From IMG/VR virus record IMGVR_UViG_3300028797_000145, positions 22,892-86,891 of that record: DNA of 64,000 bases, one strand, 5' to 3'. Positions 1 to 8,691 of this stretch are shown in pieces. Source of the stretch: a virus. Taxonomy: Duplodnaviria > Caudoviricetes. The notes beneath the pieces are model-generated. The model made no database searches. It saw nothing but the letters and a program-made list of their open reading frames with translations, and was not told where the DNA came from. The position numbers and the translations under genes are program-made. Position 1 is the first letter of the stretch. Every line of letters begins with the position of its first letter.

Positions 1-127
1 CACGATCGATTACGGACTCCACATCGTCAAGCTTCATGTTGCTGAGTCCTCCGATGAACTCCTTATAAATATAATAGCCGGCGAGTGTAACCACCGTCGC
101 TACTAAGTAGTCTTTCACCTTACTCAT
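1..127 (-). CDS. small N-terminally membrane-anchored protein, truncated by window edge
   Basis: Read manually: MSKVKDYLVATVVTLAGYYIYKEF..., AGGAGG upstream; not in ORF track. Confidence 0.6.
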   Translation of the reverse strand, partial: MSKVKDYLVATVVTLAGYYIYKEFIGGLSNMKLDDVESVIDR

Positions 128-290
128 TGCCTTCCTCCTTTAAAGTCTTATGAAAGTCCTCAGAAACTGCTTCAATAATATCAGCAGCCAATTCGTAAGT
201 CGCCTCACAAGGAACCATACACAATCTGTCGCACATGATCTTCTCAACATTCTCACACATCTCCATGTGTAATTCGTTCATTCTGCCCAT
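120..290 (-). CDS. hypothetical protein, 56 aa
   Basis: Read manually: MGRMNELHMEMCENVEKIMCDRLC...; 3' end overlaps next start. Confidence 0.55.
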   Translation of the reverse strand: MGRMNELHMEMCENVEKIMCDRLCMVPCEATYELAADIIEAVSEDFHKTLKEEGNE

Positions 291-322
291 AGTACCATTC
301 TCCTATTCTAAATATAAAAGCA

Positions 323-347
323 AAGAGCCCAAGTTTCCTTAGGCTCT
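323..347 (-). terminator. intrinsic terminator hairpin, near-identical to 815-840
   Basis: AGAGCC-N-GGCTCT stem followed on minus strand by T-rich tract, just after stop of 355..540. Confidence 0.65.
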
Positions 348-354
348 AATTTGC

Positions 355-540
355 TCATTCTTCATCCTGGTCAATTCCACCGAGTCCAAATGTCTCGTTG
401 AACAGATCTTCCATCTCGCTCATTCTTGTGTCGAACTCTTCTTGCTGTTTCTTCTGCTGGTACACCTTGCTTGCTACACCTGCTGCTGCACCTACTACTG
501 TTCCACCAATGCTAAGTCCTGTTAAGATTGCTTCTACCAT
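355..540 (-). CDS. small protein with N-terminal hydrophobic helix and charged C-terminus
   Basis: ORF track; AGGAG RBS; downstream of motif copy P1. Confidence 0.75.
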   Translation of the reverse strand: MVEAILTGLSIGGTVVGAAAGVASKVYQQKKQQEEFDTRMSEMEDLFNETFGLGGIDQDEE

Positions 541-575
541 AATCGTTCTCCTTTCTGGGATTTGGTTTCATTGTT

Positions 576-602
576 CCATTAAAGGTTGTGCAAAAATTGC
601 GA
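576..602 (-). promoter_or_regulatory. 27-bp phage promoter-like motif P1
   Basis: TCGCA ATTTT TGCA CAACC TTTAATGG. Confidence 0.75.
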
Positions 603-782
603 TACCTGCTGATCACTCACATAAATATCACCGTTAACGTGGAGACGATACCCACCGTCTTTTCTCCGATCGATCTGAATGTTCTCTATCTTAATGTCCT
701 CTACGTACTTGGACAGTTTTTTCGTAACGAATTTTGCTATAAGCCCCTTCATAAAATCACTGCAAATTCTCAATTGATCCAT
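579..782 (-). CDS. hypothetical protein, probable start MDQLR at 782
   Basis: ORF track 579..824; AGGAGGAGG precedes ATG at 782. Confidence 0.7.
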   Translation of the reverse strand: MDQLRICSDFMKGLIAKFVTKKLSKYVEDIKIENIQIDRRKDGGYRLHVNGDIYVSDQQVSQFLHNL

Positions 783-814
783 GTCCTCCTCCTTTACTGA
801 CAAATATAAAACGG

Positions 815-840
815 AAGAGCCCAAGTTTCCTCAGGCTCTT
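815..840 (-). terminator. intrinsic terminator hairpin, near-identical to 323-347
   Basis: AAGAGCCCAAGTTTCCTCAGGCTCTT. Confidence 0.65.
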
Positions 841-857
841 TCCTTATGGTTCGTTGT

Positions 858-1418
858 TTACTGTTTAAAGATCTTCTTCGTTATCTCCTTCGCTGCCGTA
901 TAGCTGAAAGAATTGTTTACTTCAAACTCCATCAACTTCGGAATCCAATCGTTCTCGTGATTGATCTTCAGCGCTACACACACAATGCCTCCAACTGCAG
1001 TTATTGATGCTGCTGCAAGAATCTGAAGGTTCTTCTTTCGCTCGAGAGCCTTTCTAGCCTCAAGTTCAGCTTCAAACTGCTCCTGTCTTTGTCTCATTTC
1101 AGCTTCCTTCAACTCGATTTCCCTTTCGAACTGCTTGATCTTCTCTTCGTTCTCCTCAGCACGAATTGAAATCTCGTCGTCGAGCTGCTTCCATTTGAAC
1201 TTCATTTCTTCGTCTTTCTGCTGCTTTTCCTGCTTGATCTTCTCTTCTGCGATTTGATGATCCATCAAAGCCTTCTCAGCCTTAATCAATTCCTCGCAGT
1301 TAGATGCTATCATCTGCGTAAGCAGTGAAAATTCATCACTATTAACGTCTACGGATTCTCGTTGCTTGATTCTGTTTTGTAAATCTTCTTCCAACAATTT
1401 TCTTGTAGTTTCGTTCAT
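858..1418 (-). CDS. coiled-coil protein with C-terminal transmembrane helix
   Basis: E/K/Q-rich heptads then LQILAAASITAVGGIVCVAL; AAGGAGG before ATG at 1418. Confidence 0.75.
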   Translation of the reverse strand: MNETTRKLLEEDLQNRIKQRESVDVNSDEFSLLTQMIASNCEELIKAEKALMDHQIAEEKIKQEKQQKDEEMKFKWKQLDDEISIRAEENEEKIKQFEREIELKEAEMRQRQEQFEAELEARKALERKKNLQILAAASITAVGGIVCVALKINHENDWIPKLMEFEVNNSFSYTAAKEITKKIFKQ

Positions 1419-1456
1419 AACTAAATTCCTCCTTAAAAATTTGTTGTCAACGTGTT

Positions 1457-1483
1457 CCATATAAGGACAGGTTTTTATTGCGA
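1457..1483 (-). promoter_or_regulatory. 27-bp motif P2
   Basis: TCGCA ATAAA AACC TGTCC TTATATGG. Confidence 0.7.
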
Positions 1484-1546
1484 AAGGAAAGAGGAAAAGA
1501 CCTAAATATAACTTTAAGTCTCATCCTCTTGTTTAACTCGGTCACT

Positions 1547-1603
1547 TTAACCTAAACCGAAGATTCGTACTAACATCTCCATAATCTCTTCATCCGTATA
1601 CAT
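1547..1603 (-). CDS. 18-aa peptide MYTDEEIMEMLVRIFGLG
   Basis: AAGGAGGTGACAGT-ATG directly downstream of motif P3. Confidence 0.55.
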   Translation of the reverse strand: MYTDEEIMEMLVRIFGLG

Positions 1604-1640
1604 ACTGTCACCTCCTTTAATGTTTTAGTTTCCGTGTTTC

Positions 1641-1667
1641 TCATTAAAGAATGTGCAAAATGTGCGA
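1641..1667 (-). promoter_or_regulatory. 27-bp motif P3
   Basis: TCGCA CATTT TGCA CATTC TTTAATGA. Confidence 0.75.
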
Positions 1668-1720
1668 ACAAAAATCACTGTATAAATATAACTCGGTTTT
1701 TTGTCACCTGCGTACGGTTT

Positions 1721-2014
1721 TTATGAAGAGCAAGGTAAATCATACTCTTTCGCAAAATATGGCATGATCATGTTAGTATACTTTACCAACTTCATAACTG
1801 CTGTGTTTCTGGATCTCTTTGCCATGAGATCATTAACTTGGATGCCATTCTTACAAATATCGTAAACCACATCCGAGTAATTTTTGGAAAACGCGTAGAT
1901 CTTTTCGTTAGGCAGGAGAATATAGTAATCTATAAGCTTATCCTTTCCCTTGAAGTTTTTAACCCCTTGGATCTTAACCGAGTTTGCTAATCTGATAATT
2001 TTACCCATAGTCAC
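1721..2014 (-). CDS. hypothetical protein
   Basis: ORF track; AGGAGG RBS. Confidence 0.7.
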   Translation of the reverse strand: MTMGKIIRLANSVKIQGVKNFKGKDKLIDYYILLPNEKIYAFSKNYSDVVYDICKNGIQVNDLMAKRSRNTAVMKLVKYTNMIMPYFAKEYDLPCSS

Positions 2015-2030
2015 ACCTCCTAAAATATAA

Positions 2031-2195
2031 TTACGCTTCTGTCTTGTAACGCTTTATAGCCTTTAACACGATCTCCGCAATAGGCCTTTTCTCAGCAACT
2101 GACAGTGACCGTAAGTAATTGAGATCGTTTTCTGTGATCCGCATTGTAAATCGCTTAGACTTGGCGAGTTCTGGATCTTTTTTTCGTCGCGCCAT
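2031..2195 (-). CDS. putative ribbon-helix-helix DNA-binding protein, 54 aa
   Basis: Read manually: MARRKKDPELAKSKRFTMRITENDLNYLRSLSVAEKRPIAEIVLKAIKRY; F-x-M-R-I strand plus two helices; AGGAGG RBS. Confidence 0.6.
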   Translation of the reverse strand: MARRKKDPELAKSKRFTMRITENDLNYLRSLSVAEKRPIAEIVLKAIKRYKTEA

Positions 2196-2216
2196 TAATT
2201 CACCTCCTTAATAAAA

Positions 2217-2247
2217 AGAGCCCCGGAAATATAACTTCCGAAGCTCT
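2217..2247 (-). terminator. terminator-like hairpin
   Basis: AGAGC/GCTCT and CGGAA/TTCCG stems, T-run on minus strand. Confidence 0.5.
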
Positions 2248-2251
2248 GTGA

Positions 2252-2422
2252 TCAGTCCTCAAGGTCGTCTTCTATCGACGGGTTGTTTCTGAGGAAGTGC
2301 TCTTTCGCTTTCTGCTTGTTAGCAGCGAATGTTGTGTCTAAAATATGACCGGCACTATCTTTTAAACAGAACAGATCATACATCTCGTCGTTTACACTTT
2401 CGTCTTTTACTATGCTATACAT
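2252..2422 (-). CDS. hypothetical protein, 56 aa
   Basis: Read manually: MYSIVKDESVNDEMYDLF...; AGGAGG RBS. Confidence 0.6.
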   Translation of the reverse strand: MYSIVKDESVNDEMYDLFCLKDSAGHILDTTFAANKQKAKEHFLRNNPSIEDDLED

Positions 2423-2431
2423 AACTACCTC

Positions 2432-2902
2432 CTAATGCCTCTGGCTTAATAAATAGAAGAACTTCCTATACAGCTTATAGTAGCTGTCCTTGCAGCAAGG
2501 AATATCCTTTGACGATGTCTCGTAGCTTTCTCCGTTTACCACGTTACGGAGAATTATTGGTCCTATTATAGGATCAACCTCTTCGGCTACACTTGATATT
2601 TGATCGATGTATCCAGTAAGCTTCTCGATCACCAGAGCAGTATCTCCAGTAGGGTCCGAATACTCGTTCGTACGCGATACGTAAATATAATCAGTAGGCG
2701 TTGGATTCTGATAGCCGTACTGATAATTCATCCGCATCTTTAGGAAGTCACGATACTGCGTCACAAAGTGCTTAAGCTCATAGTACCTATGTTTTGGAAT
2801 ATAATACTCGTTTTTCTTACTGGTTTCCGGTCGAATGTTCGTTCCCACTTCTAATCCTCCTTGCTCTAGTTCCAAAGAGCTCTTGCAGCGAAACACAATC
2901 AC
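2432..2902 (-). CDS. putative phage transcriptional regulator (RinA/ArpU-like, sigma region 4-like C-terminus); start probably downstream of 2902
   Basis: HRYYELKHF, DPTGDTA and YYKLYRKFFYLL resemble RinA/ArpU-type activators. Confidence 0.5.
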   Translation of the reverse strand: MIVFRCKSSLELEQGGLEVGTNIRPETSKKNEYYIPKHRYYELKHFVTQYRDFLKMRMNYQYGYQNPTPTDYIYVSRTNEYSDPTGDTALVIEKLTGYIDQISSVAEEVDPIIGPIILRNVVNGESYETSSKDIPCCKDSYYKLYRKFFYLLSQRH

Positions 2903-3051
2903 CCCTATCGATAGTTGCTACACAGAAGTCTCTATTAAGCGCACAAGAAGCGTTCTCAACAAGACCCTTCTGTACTCTGTACTGACATCCTGCAATCGCC
3001 GCATCGATCATATGATCAGTTATGTTCTTCATGATTATACCTCCGTTCGTA

Positions 3052-3504
3052 CTAGTCCATAGAATTGCTAGAACCGCATTTTGGACAATAAAGCATATCC
3101 TCAACCACATTTCGAGCATACTTCCCAATGCTGCAATGACTGCAATACCACCAGCCGGTGTCTCCTTGAATCCAACGTCCCGTTTTCTTCGTAGGTATTA
3201 CATACTGCATATGTTTTATCTTTTCGACTAAGTGCAGTTTGGAATCAGCGACTGGGTCTGACATTATCATTTCGATAACCTCTTCGCGACTTATCGCATC
3301 ATCAGTAACTTGACATTTTGTGAGTTTAAGTTGGCCACTTTCCTCTCCGTACTCGAGCAGCCACTTGTCTCCTTTTTTCGCCCTTTCTAGCTTTTGACCC
3401 ATTTGCACACCCTGATTATAGGCATGCCTTAGACGATTCTCGATACTCATGAGATCATCTTTTATAGATCTTTCTTTTTCCTGTAAATATTCCTCTTCTC
3501 TCAT
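3052..3504 (-). CDS. protein with C-terminal Zn-ribbon
   Basis: CSHC...YCPKCG. Confidence 0.7.
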   Translation of the reverse strand: MREEEYLQEKERSIKDDLMSIENRLRHAYNQGVQMGQKLERAKKGDKWLLEYGEESGQLKLTKCQVTDDAISREEVIEMIMSDPVADSKLHLVEKIKHMQYVIPTKKTGRWIQGDTGWWYCSHCSIGKYARNVVEDMLYCPKCGSSNSMD

Positions 3505-3785
3505 TCTTCTACCTCACATTCCTTTTTATTAGCAACTCGATCCTTTTTATGGAACATCACAAACCGTTTTTTCTTGTCACCACAGAAGGGGCAATACTTA
3601 TACTTTACAATGTTACCAAAATATGACAGCTCCTCTGAGCATACCGAACAACGATAATTACCCGATTCTGTCTCTATCCATTTACCATACACTGATCGAC
3701 CATTGTTGATTTCAAGAGTCTCTTCAATTACACAAATTCGATCTTGAAGATTAAGTATTCTTGAATAAACATCAGATTCAAACAT
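3501..3785 (-). CDS. Zn-ribbon protein
   Basis: CSVC...YCPFCG; coupled start/stop overlap. Confidence 0.7.
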   Translation of the reverse strand: MFESDVYSRILNLQDRICVIEETLEINNGRSVYGKWIETESGNYRCSVCSEELSYFGNIVKYKYCPFCGDKKKRFVMFHKKDRVANKKECEVEE

Positions 3786-3791
3786 CGTTAT

Positions 3792-4133
3792 TCACCTCCT
3801 TATGAAGATATCCTGCATATCTATAACTCTTTCACAGATATCACTCGCTAATTCCATTGCTTCTCTATCGGAACCGCTCATTTGATACCAATCAGCAATA
3901 GACTTAAGTTGATCTGGTAATGGATCATGTGTCTCTTTTACCGTTTCAAACACAAATTTACTTTTCATCGGCTTTCCACAATTGGGGCAATATTTACCCG
4001 GCATTTTTCCCCTTATACTAGTTGTGTATTCCCATTGGAAATCACAATTTTCACAATGTACCAAATATTCGTGCAATTCAATGCCTGAATCACTAGTGAT
4101 AACTGTAGATCTATCTACTATCCAATACGACAT
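3792..4133 (-). CDS. Zn-ribbon protein
   Basis: CENC...YCPNCG. Confidence 0.7.
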   Translation of the reverse strand: MSYWIVDRSTVITSDSGIELHEYLVHCENCDFQWEYTTSIRGKMPGKYCPNCGKPMKSKFVFETVKETHDPLPDQLKSIADWYQMSGSDREAMELASDICERVIDMQDIFIRR

Positions 4134-4415
4134 TTAATCATCTCCTTTCAAATTCTTCGAACCACACGTCGGACAATATACCGTTTTTTCTTCTGTCTCC
4201 ATAGGTAAATCACAATTAGAGCAGAAATATCCGATAATCTCCATATCTTCGTTTTCTATTGGAATCCAGCTTCCAACCTTCTGCTGTGACGTTGCGGGCG
4301 GCAATTTATCAATAGTTATGTGCATCCTTGCAATCATGTCATCATCTATGTAACCCCTCCATCTTGAAATATCTTTTTTTACAAGGTTTCGATCTACAGC
4401 GTCACAAGTATTCAT
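4134..4415 (-). CDS. Zn-ribbon protein
   Basis: CSNC...YCPTCG. Confidence 0.7.
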   Translation of the reverse strand: MNTCDAVDRNLVKKDISRWRGYIDDDMIARMHITIDKLPPATSQQKVGSWIPIENEDMEIIGYFCSNCDLPMETEEKTVYCPTCGSKNLKGDD

Positions 4416-4792
4416 TCATCTTCACCTTCTTCCTGTTCGTCTTGGTTTTCGTTTTCAAACGGTATTTTGATCCCGTCTAATGCATTCATAAAACCCTCAA
4501 TGATTTTATTTGAAATCATTTTCAGGTTCTTGTTAAACTTCCAAAGTGAATAGTCAACTCCCAATATTTCCGGCATTTTTTCTTTTACATATTCCGCGAT
4601 GTAATCATTTTCACTACCTTCTTCCGACTGTTCAAGCAGTCTTTTATAATCTTTCAACCACTCTGCTAGTTGTTTGTGTTCTTCTACACATACTTTTCTT
4701 GTTACTGTAATATTCTTAAACGCCGTTCCATATGTGGCCTCACTATTTGATACCTTCTCGCAATACTGTATCATATCATCCAATGTCATCAT
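4412..4792 (-). CDS. hypothetical protein
   Basis: ORF track; EEHKQLAEWLKDYK; coupled to neighbours. Confidence 0.7.
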   Translation of the reverse strand: MMTLDDMIQYCEKVSNSEATYGTAFKNITVTRKVCVEEHKQLAEWLKDYKRLLEQSEEGSENDYIAEYVKEKMPEILGVDYSLWKFNKNLKMISNKIIEGFMNALDGIKIPFENENQDEQEEGEDE

Positions 4793-4796
4793 TCGC

Positions 4797-4943
4797 TCAC
4801 CTCCCGGGGTTTATAACAAGGATACAGGCAGCAATAATAATGAGCCACTCAACAAAGTTGCTAGGGACTCTCTTCTGAGCAATGCACTCAAATATAATAA
4901 TTAGTGCAAGAATCACCATTACAATAGTCAGAAGACTACTCAT
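4797..4943 (-). CDS. small two-helix membrane protein, 48 aa
   Basis: Read manually: MSSLLTIVMVILALIIIFECIAQKRVPSNFVEWLIIIAACILVINPGR. Confidence 0.55.
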   Translation of the reverse strand: MSSLLTIVMVILALIIIFECIAQKRVPSNFVEWLIIIAACILVINPGR

Positions 4944-5319
4944 TGCGACCACCTCCCTGCATGGTTTCTTTGAAGGTTTTCTTGAATTCCCTAGATCGCT
5001 TCTCTGCCTCTTCCGAAGATTCGGGGATTACGGAGATTTCGTCCTCCCTGTCTTTCTTAAATTCATTAAGCTCTACGGGAACCACGTAAATATAACGTTT
5101 AGCCGTGTCCCGAACCATATCGGAATAGTCAATTTGGTCACTCTCAAATTCTTTTGGTTCCCACTTTTTACATGCGTTAGAATAGTAGTAATCTATGAAT
5201 CCGTTTGCCATGTTTTTAGCAAACTCCATGTTGTACGCAACACCGATCAGCTCTTCATGAGGTTCAGGAAATTTAAATGCGGTCTCCAAAATAACATTAA
5301 AAAGCACATATACATTCAT
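4936..5319 (-). CDS. hypothetical protein
   Basis: ORF track; GGAGG RBS. Confidence 0.7.
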   Translation of the reverse strand: MNVYVLFNVILETAFKFPEPHEELIGVAYNMEFAKNMANGFIDYYYSNACKKWEPKEFESDQIDYSDMVRDTAKRYIYVVPVELNEFKKDREDEISVIPESSEEAEKRSREFKKTFKETMQGGGRNE

Positions 5320-5511
5320 GCTTAATCCTCCTTTTTTCTTTTAAGCCAGTTAATATAACAAGGCCATCCGAGTTTACAATCTATACAAGACCATACATCG
5401 CATGCATACTTTTTAGGGACTGTATGACCCTCATCAATATACATTAGAAACTTGGCAAGCTCTTCTGTGCTTGCGGACTTAATCATTTCTTCATTCGTCA
5501 TAACTGCCTCC

Positions 5512-5793
5512 TTACGGTGTAGACTCGATCACGCAGAATCTATTTTCACCCGATTTGCTTATGTACAAATATAACTGTGAAACAGGAACGGTATCGCCAA
5601 CATGAGACGATTCAAATCCTACATCTGAAACATAAACAGGCACATCACCCCATCTAGATTTTGCCATTTTAAGCAGTTCGATAAGCTCCGAAATGGTGTA
5701 GTGTCCTTCATTGTCCGTAAACAAGCATTCGGTTGGAACACCACTCCAGTAAGCATCGTATCCTTCTGTTATTTTAATTTTTCCGTATTCCAT
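5512..5793 (-). CDS. hypothetical protein
   Basis: ORF track; packed in operon. Confidence 0.65.
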   Translation of the reverse strand: MEYGKIKITEGYDAYWSGVPTECLFTDNEGHYTISELIELLKMAKSRWGDVPVYVSDVGFESSHVGDTVPVSQLYLYISKSGENRFCVIESTP

Positions 5794-5795
5794 AT

Positions 5796-6098
5796 TTATT
5801 CTCCTCTCTTAAGTAAATGCAAGCATCCATATAATACATGCATACCCCTTTCCGGATTGTAATGGGTGCTATAGTCTACAAACTCCAGGAGATGTTCAGC
5901 AAGATAGTCAGAAATATCACGCTTAACTATCTCGTCGAATACCTCATCGGTATACAAGCATACGGCGTAGGCAGGATACTCCCTCTTGAACTTCAGAGGT
6001 ACAACTTCACGATTTACCTCAACAACTTTTGGAAGTGGAGTATTTACAAGCTGCTGATACCTCTTTTTCCAATACTTTGCTTTCTGTCGTGCGTTCAT
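5796..6098 (-). CDS. hypothetical protein
   Basis: ORF track; GGAGG RBS. Confidence 0.65.
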   Translation of the reverse strand: MNARQKAKYWKKRYQQLVNTPLPKVVEVNREVVPLKFKREYPAYAVCLYTDEVFDEIVKRDISDYLAEHLLEFVDYSTHYNPERGMHVLYGCLHLLKRGE

Positions 6099-6231
6099 TC
6101 TTTATCCTCCTTTCCGCTTTATTCAAAGTTCTAATGGTTTTCCATTTTGCTAAAAAACTGTAAACATATTTGTTTTCAAAATATACATCCACCTTCCTTT
6201 GTTTAATTTTCTTAGATTGTCTTTTGTTCAT
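6019..6231 (-). CDS. basic hypothetical protein
   Basis: ORF track; start overlaps upstream stop (ATGA). Confidence 0.55.
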   Translation of the reverse strand: MNKRQSKKIKQRKVDVYFENKYVYSFLAKWKTIRTLNKAERRIKNERTTESKVLEKEVSAACKYSTSKSC

Positions 6232-6401
6232 TCCTTATCCTCGCTTTCTCCATTATCAACTATCACGACACCATATCCTGCATGTGTTTCACTCCATACC
6301 AACCCGTCATCTGTTTCAAGCAAAGTCATAACTGCTTTTGCTACTTTTACTTTAACTGGATAAATCTTTACTGTTTCACCATCATCAACATATATAGTCA
6401 T
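6228..6401 (-). CDS. hypothetical protein, 57 aa, ends ESEDKE
   Basis: Read manually: MTIYVDDGETVKIYPVKV... Confidence 0.55.
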   Translation of the reverse strand: MTIYVDDGETVKIYPVKVKVAKAVMTLLETDDGLVWSETHAGYGVVIVDNGESEDKE

Positions 6402-6574
6402 TCCTTCTCGCTCCTTTTCTGTGGATCAAAACTCATTCATCCTTTGATAAACGATTTCGTTTTCTGTGTATAATAAATACTTTGGATAATCATTCCTTAT
6501 TCCTTTGATGTAAAATATCGGCTTACCATACTTTTTATATTTGATATGGCATAACCACATTATGATTTTATCTA

Positions 6575-6757
6575 TCATCCCTCATCCTCACTTTCTGCCT
6601 TACGACATTTTATCCACTCATTTAATGCTTCACGGCACTCGTTACACACATCCCATACTTTGCCATGACTTGATATACAAAAATTATAATTGCGTATAGG
6701 TTCAATAATTGATGCAGGCATTTCCTTACCGCATATATCACATATTGTTTTTGTCAT
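6575..6757 (-). CDS. Cys-rich Zn-finger-like protein, paralog of 7927..8115
   Basis: CDICGKEM...FCISSHG..WDVC.EC. Confidence 0.7.
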   Translation of the reverse strand: MTKTICDICGKEMPASIIEPIRNYNFCISSHGKVWDVCNECREALNEWIKCRKAESEDEG

Positions 6758-6783
6758 TCCTTATCCTCACTTTCTGCAATCTA

Positions 6784-7092
6784 TCATGTAAGACACCACT
6801 GTTTTGCAGGACATTCTTCACAATAACTTTCAATCTGTTCTACACAAGACCATCCAAAATCTCTTACAAGTCTTACTCTGTGCTCGTCACTGTACCAAAA
6901 ATCCACTATTTCACTACCGTCATAGTATTTATCATACTCTGGAAATCTATATACCCTTAAATCTGTCCATTCACAATCCTCAAACGTAACATCATTGCGT
7001 AATGCTATTGCTTTTGCTTTTCCTCTCGTTGGTGCAAATACAATTACTGTACCGTATTCAGCATTTCTATCATCCACTTTCCATGCTTTCAT
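6784..7092 (-). CDS. hypothetical protein with C-terminal Cys cluster
   Basis: IVFAPTRGKAK; CEECPAKQWC. Confidence 0.7.
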   Translation of the reverse strand: MKAWKVDDRNAEYGTVIVFAPTRGKAKAIALRNDVTFEDCEWTDLRVYRFPEYDKYYDGSEIVDFWYSDEHRVRLVRDFGWSCVEQIESYCEECPAKQWCLT

Positions 7093-7328
7093 TTCGCATC
7101 CTCTCTTTCCTGTTGATCAACCATTCTCACTCCGCAGTTAGGGCAAAATTTTTCAGTACCGTCTAATTTAGGATGACCCCATTTGCAACAATCACACATA
7201 TATGAACCACAATCATCTTCTTGTAGCGGATGTACTAATATCCAATGTGCTGTCTTTTGCTCTTGTTCTAATGCCCTAATTCGCTTCTCTAATTCTTTCA
7301 ATTTAATTTCCATGTATTGATGTGTCAT
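7089..7328 (-). CDS. Zn-ribbon protein
   Basis: CDCC...FCPNCG. Confidence 0.7.
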   Translation of the reverse strand: MTHQYMEIKLKELEKRIRALEQEQKTAHWILVHPLQEDDCGSYMCDCCKWGHPKLDGTEKFCPNCGVRMVDQQEREDAK

Positions 7329-7570
7329 ACTTCCTCACCTTCCTGTGGATCAAAAATATCATTACTAGAATCCATGAAGTTCACCTCCACATCTTTCGGG
7401 CATAGGGCTACGATGAATCCTGCAGGTAGCATTACAATCCCGGATTCCATTTGTTTGATAAGCGTATCATATGTCCTTTTCATATTTTCTTTTTTCATAA
7501 GAAATGGAGCCCGAATTACCAAAATATCATTCTTCCTATTATGTTTACTTGGCTTTTCTTTCCACGACAT
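7325..7570 (-). CDS. hypothetical protein, probable start MSWKEK at 7570
   Basis: ORF track 7325..7717; upstream part overlaps 7545..7946. Confidence 0.5.
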   Translation of the reverse strand: MSWKEKPSKHNRKNDILVIRAPFLMKKENMKRTYDTLIKQMESGIVMLPAGFIVALCPKDVEVNFMDSSNDIFDPQEGEEV

Positions 7571-7946
7571 CTGCTTTCTCCTCCTTTTCATCAGGAACCC
7601 ATTTTCCTTCATATTGAGGTAACCATCCAGGTAGACCAAATATGCTAGGCATATTGACTCTTGCATTTTTGACAAAAGTCTTGTCTGTAACAACATAACA
7701 TTTCTCTTCCTCAGCAAAAGGACTCCAAACGATTGGGATGGCTAAACCTGCTTTATACCACAACTCGGGAATAATATCCTTATGCTTCGGGTTAAGGATC
7801 AGAGCGAAGTCTTCTTTGATGTCACCGGATTCTTTTCGCTCTTCAAATATCTTTTTTTCAGTGGATTCTATTATAGCCTGCATTATCTTTTCTACGTCCT
7901 GTTCGAAAGGACTACTCGTTAAAAAATCATTCATCTTTTTCCTCAC
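7545..7946 (-). CDS. hypothetical protein
   Basis: ORF track. Confidence 0.65.
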   Translation of the reverse strand: MRKKMNDFLTSSPFEQDVEKIMQAIIESTEKKIFEERKESGDIKEDFALILNPKHKDIIPELWYKAGLAIPIVWSPFAEEEKCYVVTDKTFVKNARVNMPSIFGLPGWLPQYEGKWVPDEKEEKADVVERKAK

Positions 7947-8115
7947 TTTCCTGTCTGCGTTCAGTCATCCACGTATTGAGACTTTCTCGACATTCAGTAC
8001 ATACATCCCATATTCTTCCGTGACTTGAAATGCAAAAGTTCAAATCTTTGATATGATCTACAAATATTGCGGGTTCCATTTCCTTACCGCAAATATCACA
8101 TACTGTTTTTTTCAT
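7927..8115 (-). CDS. Cys-rich Zn-finger-like protein, paralog of 6575..6757
   Basis: CDICGKEM...FCISSHG..WDVC.EC. Confidence 0.7.
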   Translation of the reverse strand: MKKTVCDICGKEMEPAIFVDHIKDLNFCISSHGRIWDVCTECRESLNTWMTERRQESEEKDE

Positions 8116-8357
8116 TCGCTTACCTCACCTTTCTTTGGCTCGAACAAGAAGCAATATCCATCTTCCCTTGTTTTGCAGCCATCACCCCATTTTGAACAGA
8201 TTTCGTGTGCTACTATAAGCGGTATTCCATCTACATTTGCAACACTATCATATTCGAAGTATTTGCAATCCTTACAATGTCCTAATATTCCTTCTGAATA
8301 AACCTTCTCTATGTCAATTCCGTGTTGACCGTAGAAAATTTTTTCATCTATTGCCAT
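8112..8357 (-). CDS. Cys-rich hypothetical protein
   Basis: CKDCKYF...CSKW...DGYCFLFE. Confidence 0.65.
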   Translation of the reverse strand: MAIDEKIFYGQHGIDIEKVYSEGILGHCKDCKYFEYDSVANVDGIPLIVAHEICSKWGDGCKTREDGYCFLFEPKKGEVSE

Positions 8358-8369
8358 ACCACAACCCTC

Positions 8370-8678
8370 CTAATCAAAGAAATACCTTTTATAGACGTAT
8401 TCCTTATAATTATCTAAAACCTTATTAACAATTTCCGATATTAACTTTGAAGTTTCTTCTTCATCATCAAATGAATTCTTGATGGTAAAATCATCCAATG
8501 TACCGCGGTGACACCATCTTGAATCTTTATTAGAAGGGTCATCGATCGCAATCATTATGGCAGTACCAAATATGTAAGGATCGAAGCTGCATTCAACATG
8601 CACATCTCCAATCACTTTTTCGTTAAGGGCCTCTTTAATTTGGTTACAAAGCAGTTTGTATTGTAAAATATCACTCAT
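8370..8678 (-). CDS. hypothetical protein, probable start MSDIL
   Basis: ORF track 8370..8750; GAGG RBS before 8678. Confidence 0.6.
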   Translation of the reverse strand: MSDILQYKLLCNQIKEALNEKVIGDVHVECSFDPYIFGTAIMIAIDDPSNKDSRWCHRGTLDDFTIKNSFDDEEETSKLISEIVNKVLDNYKEYVYKRYFFD

Positions 8679-8691
8679 CCTCTTTCTCCTT

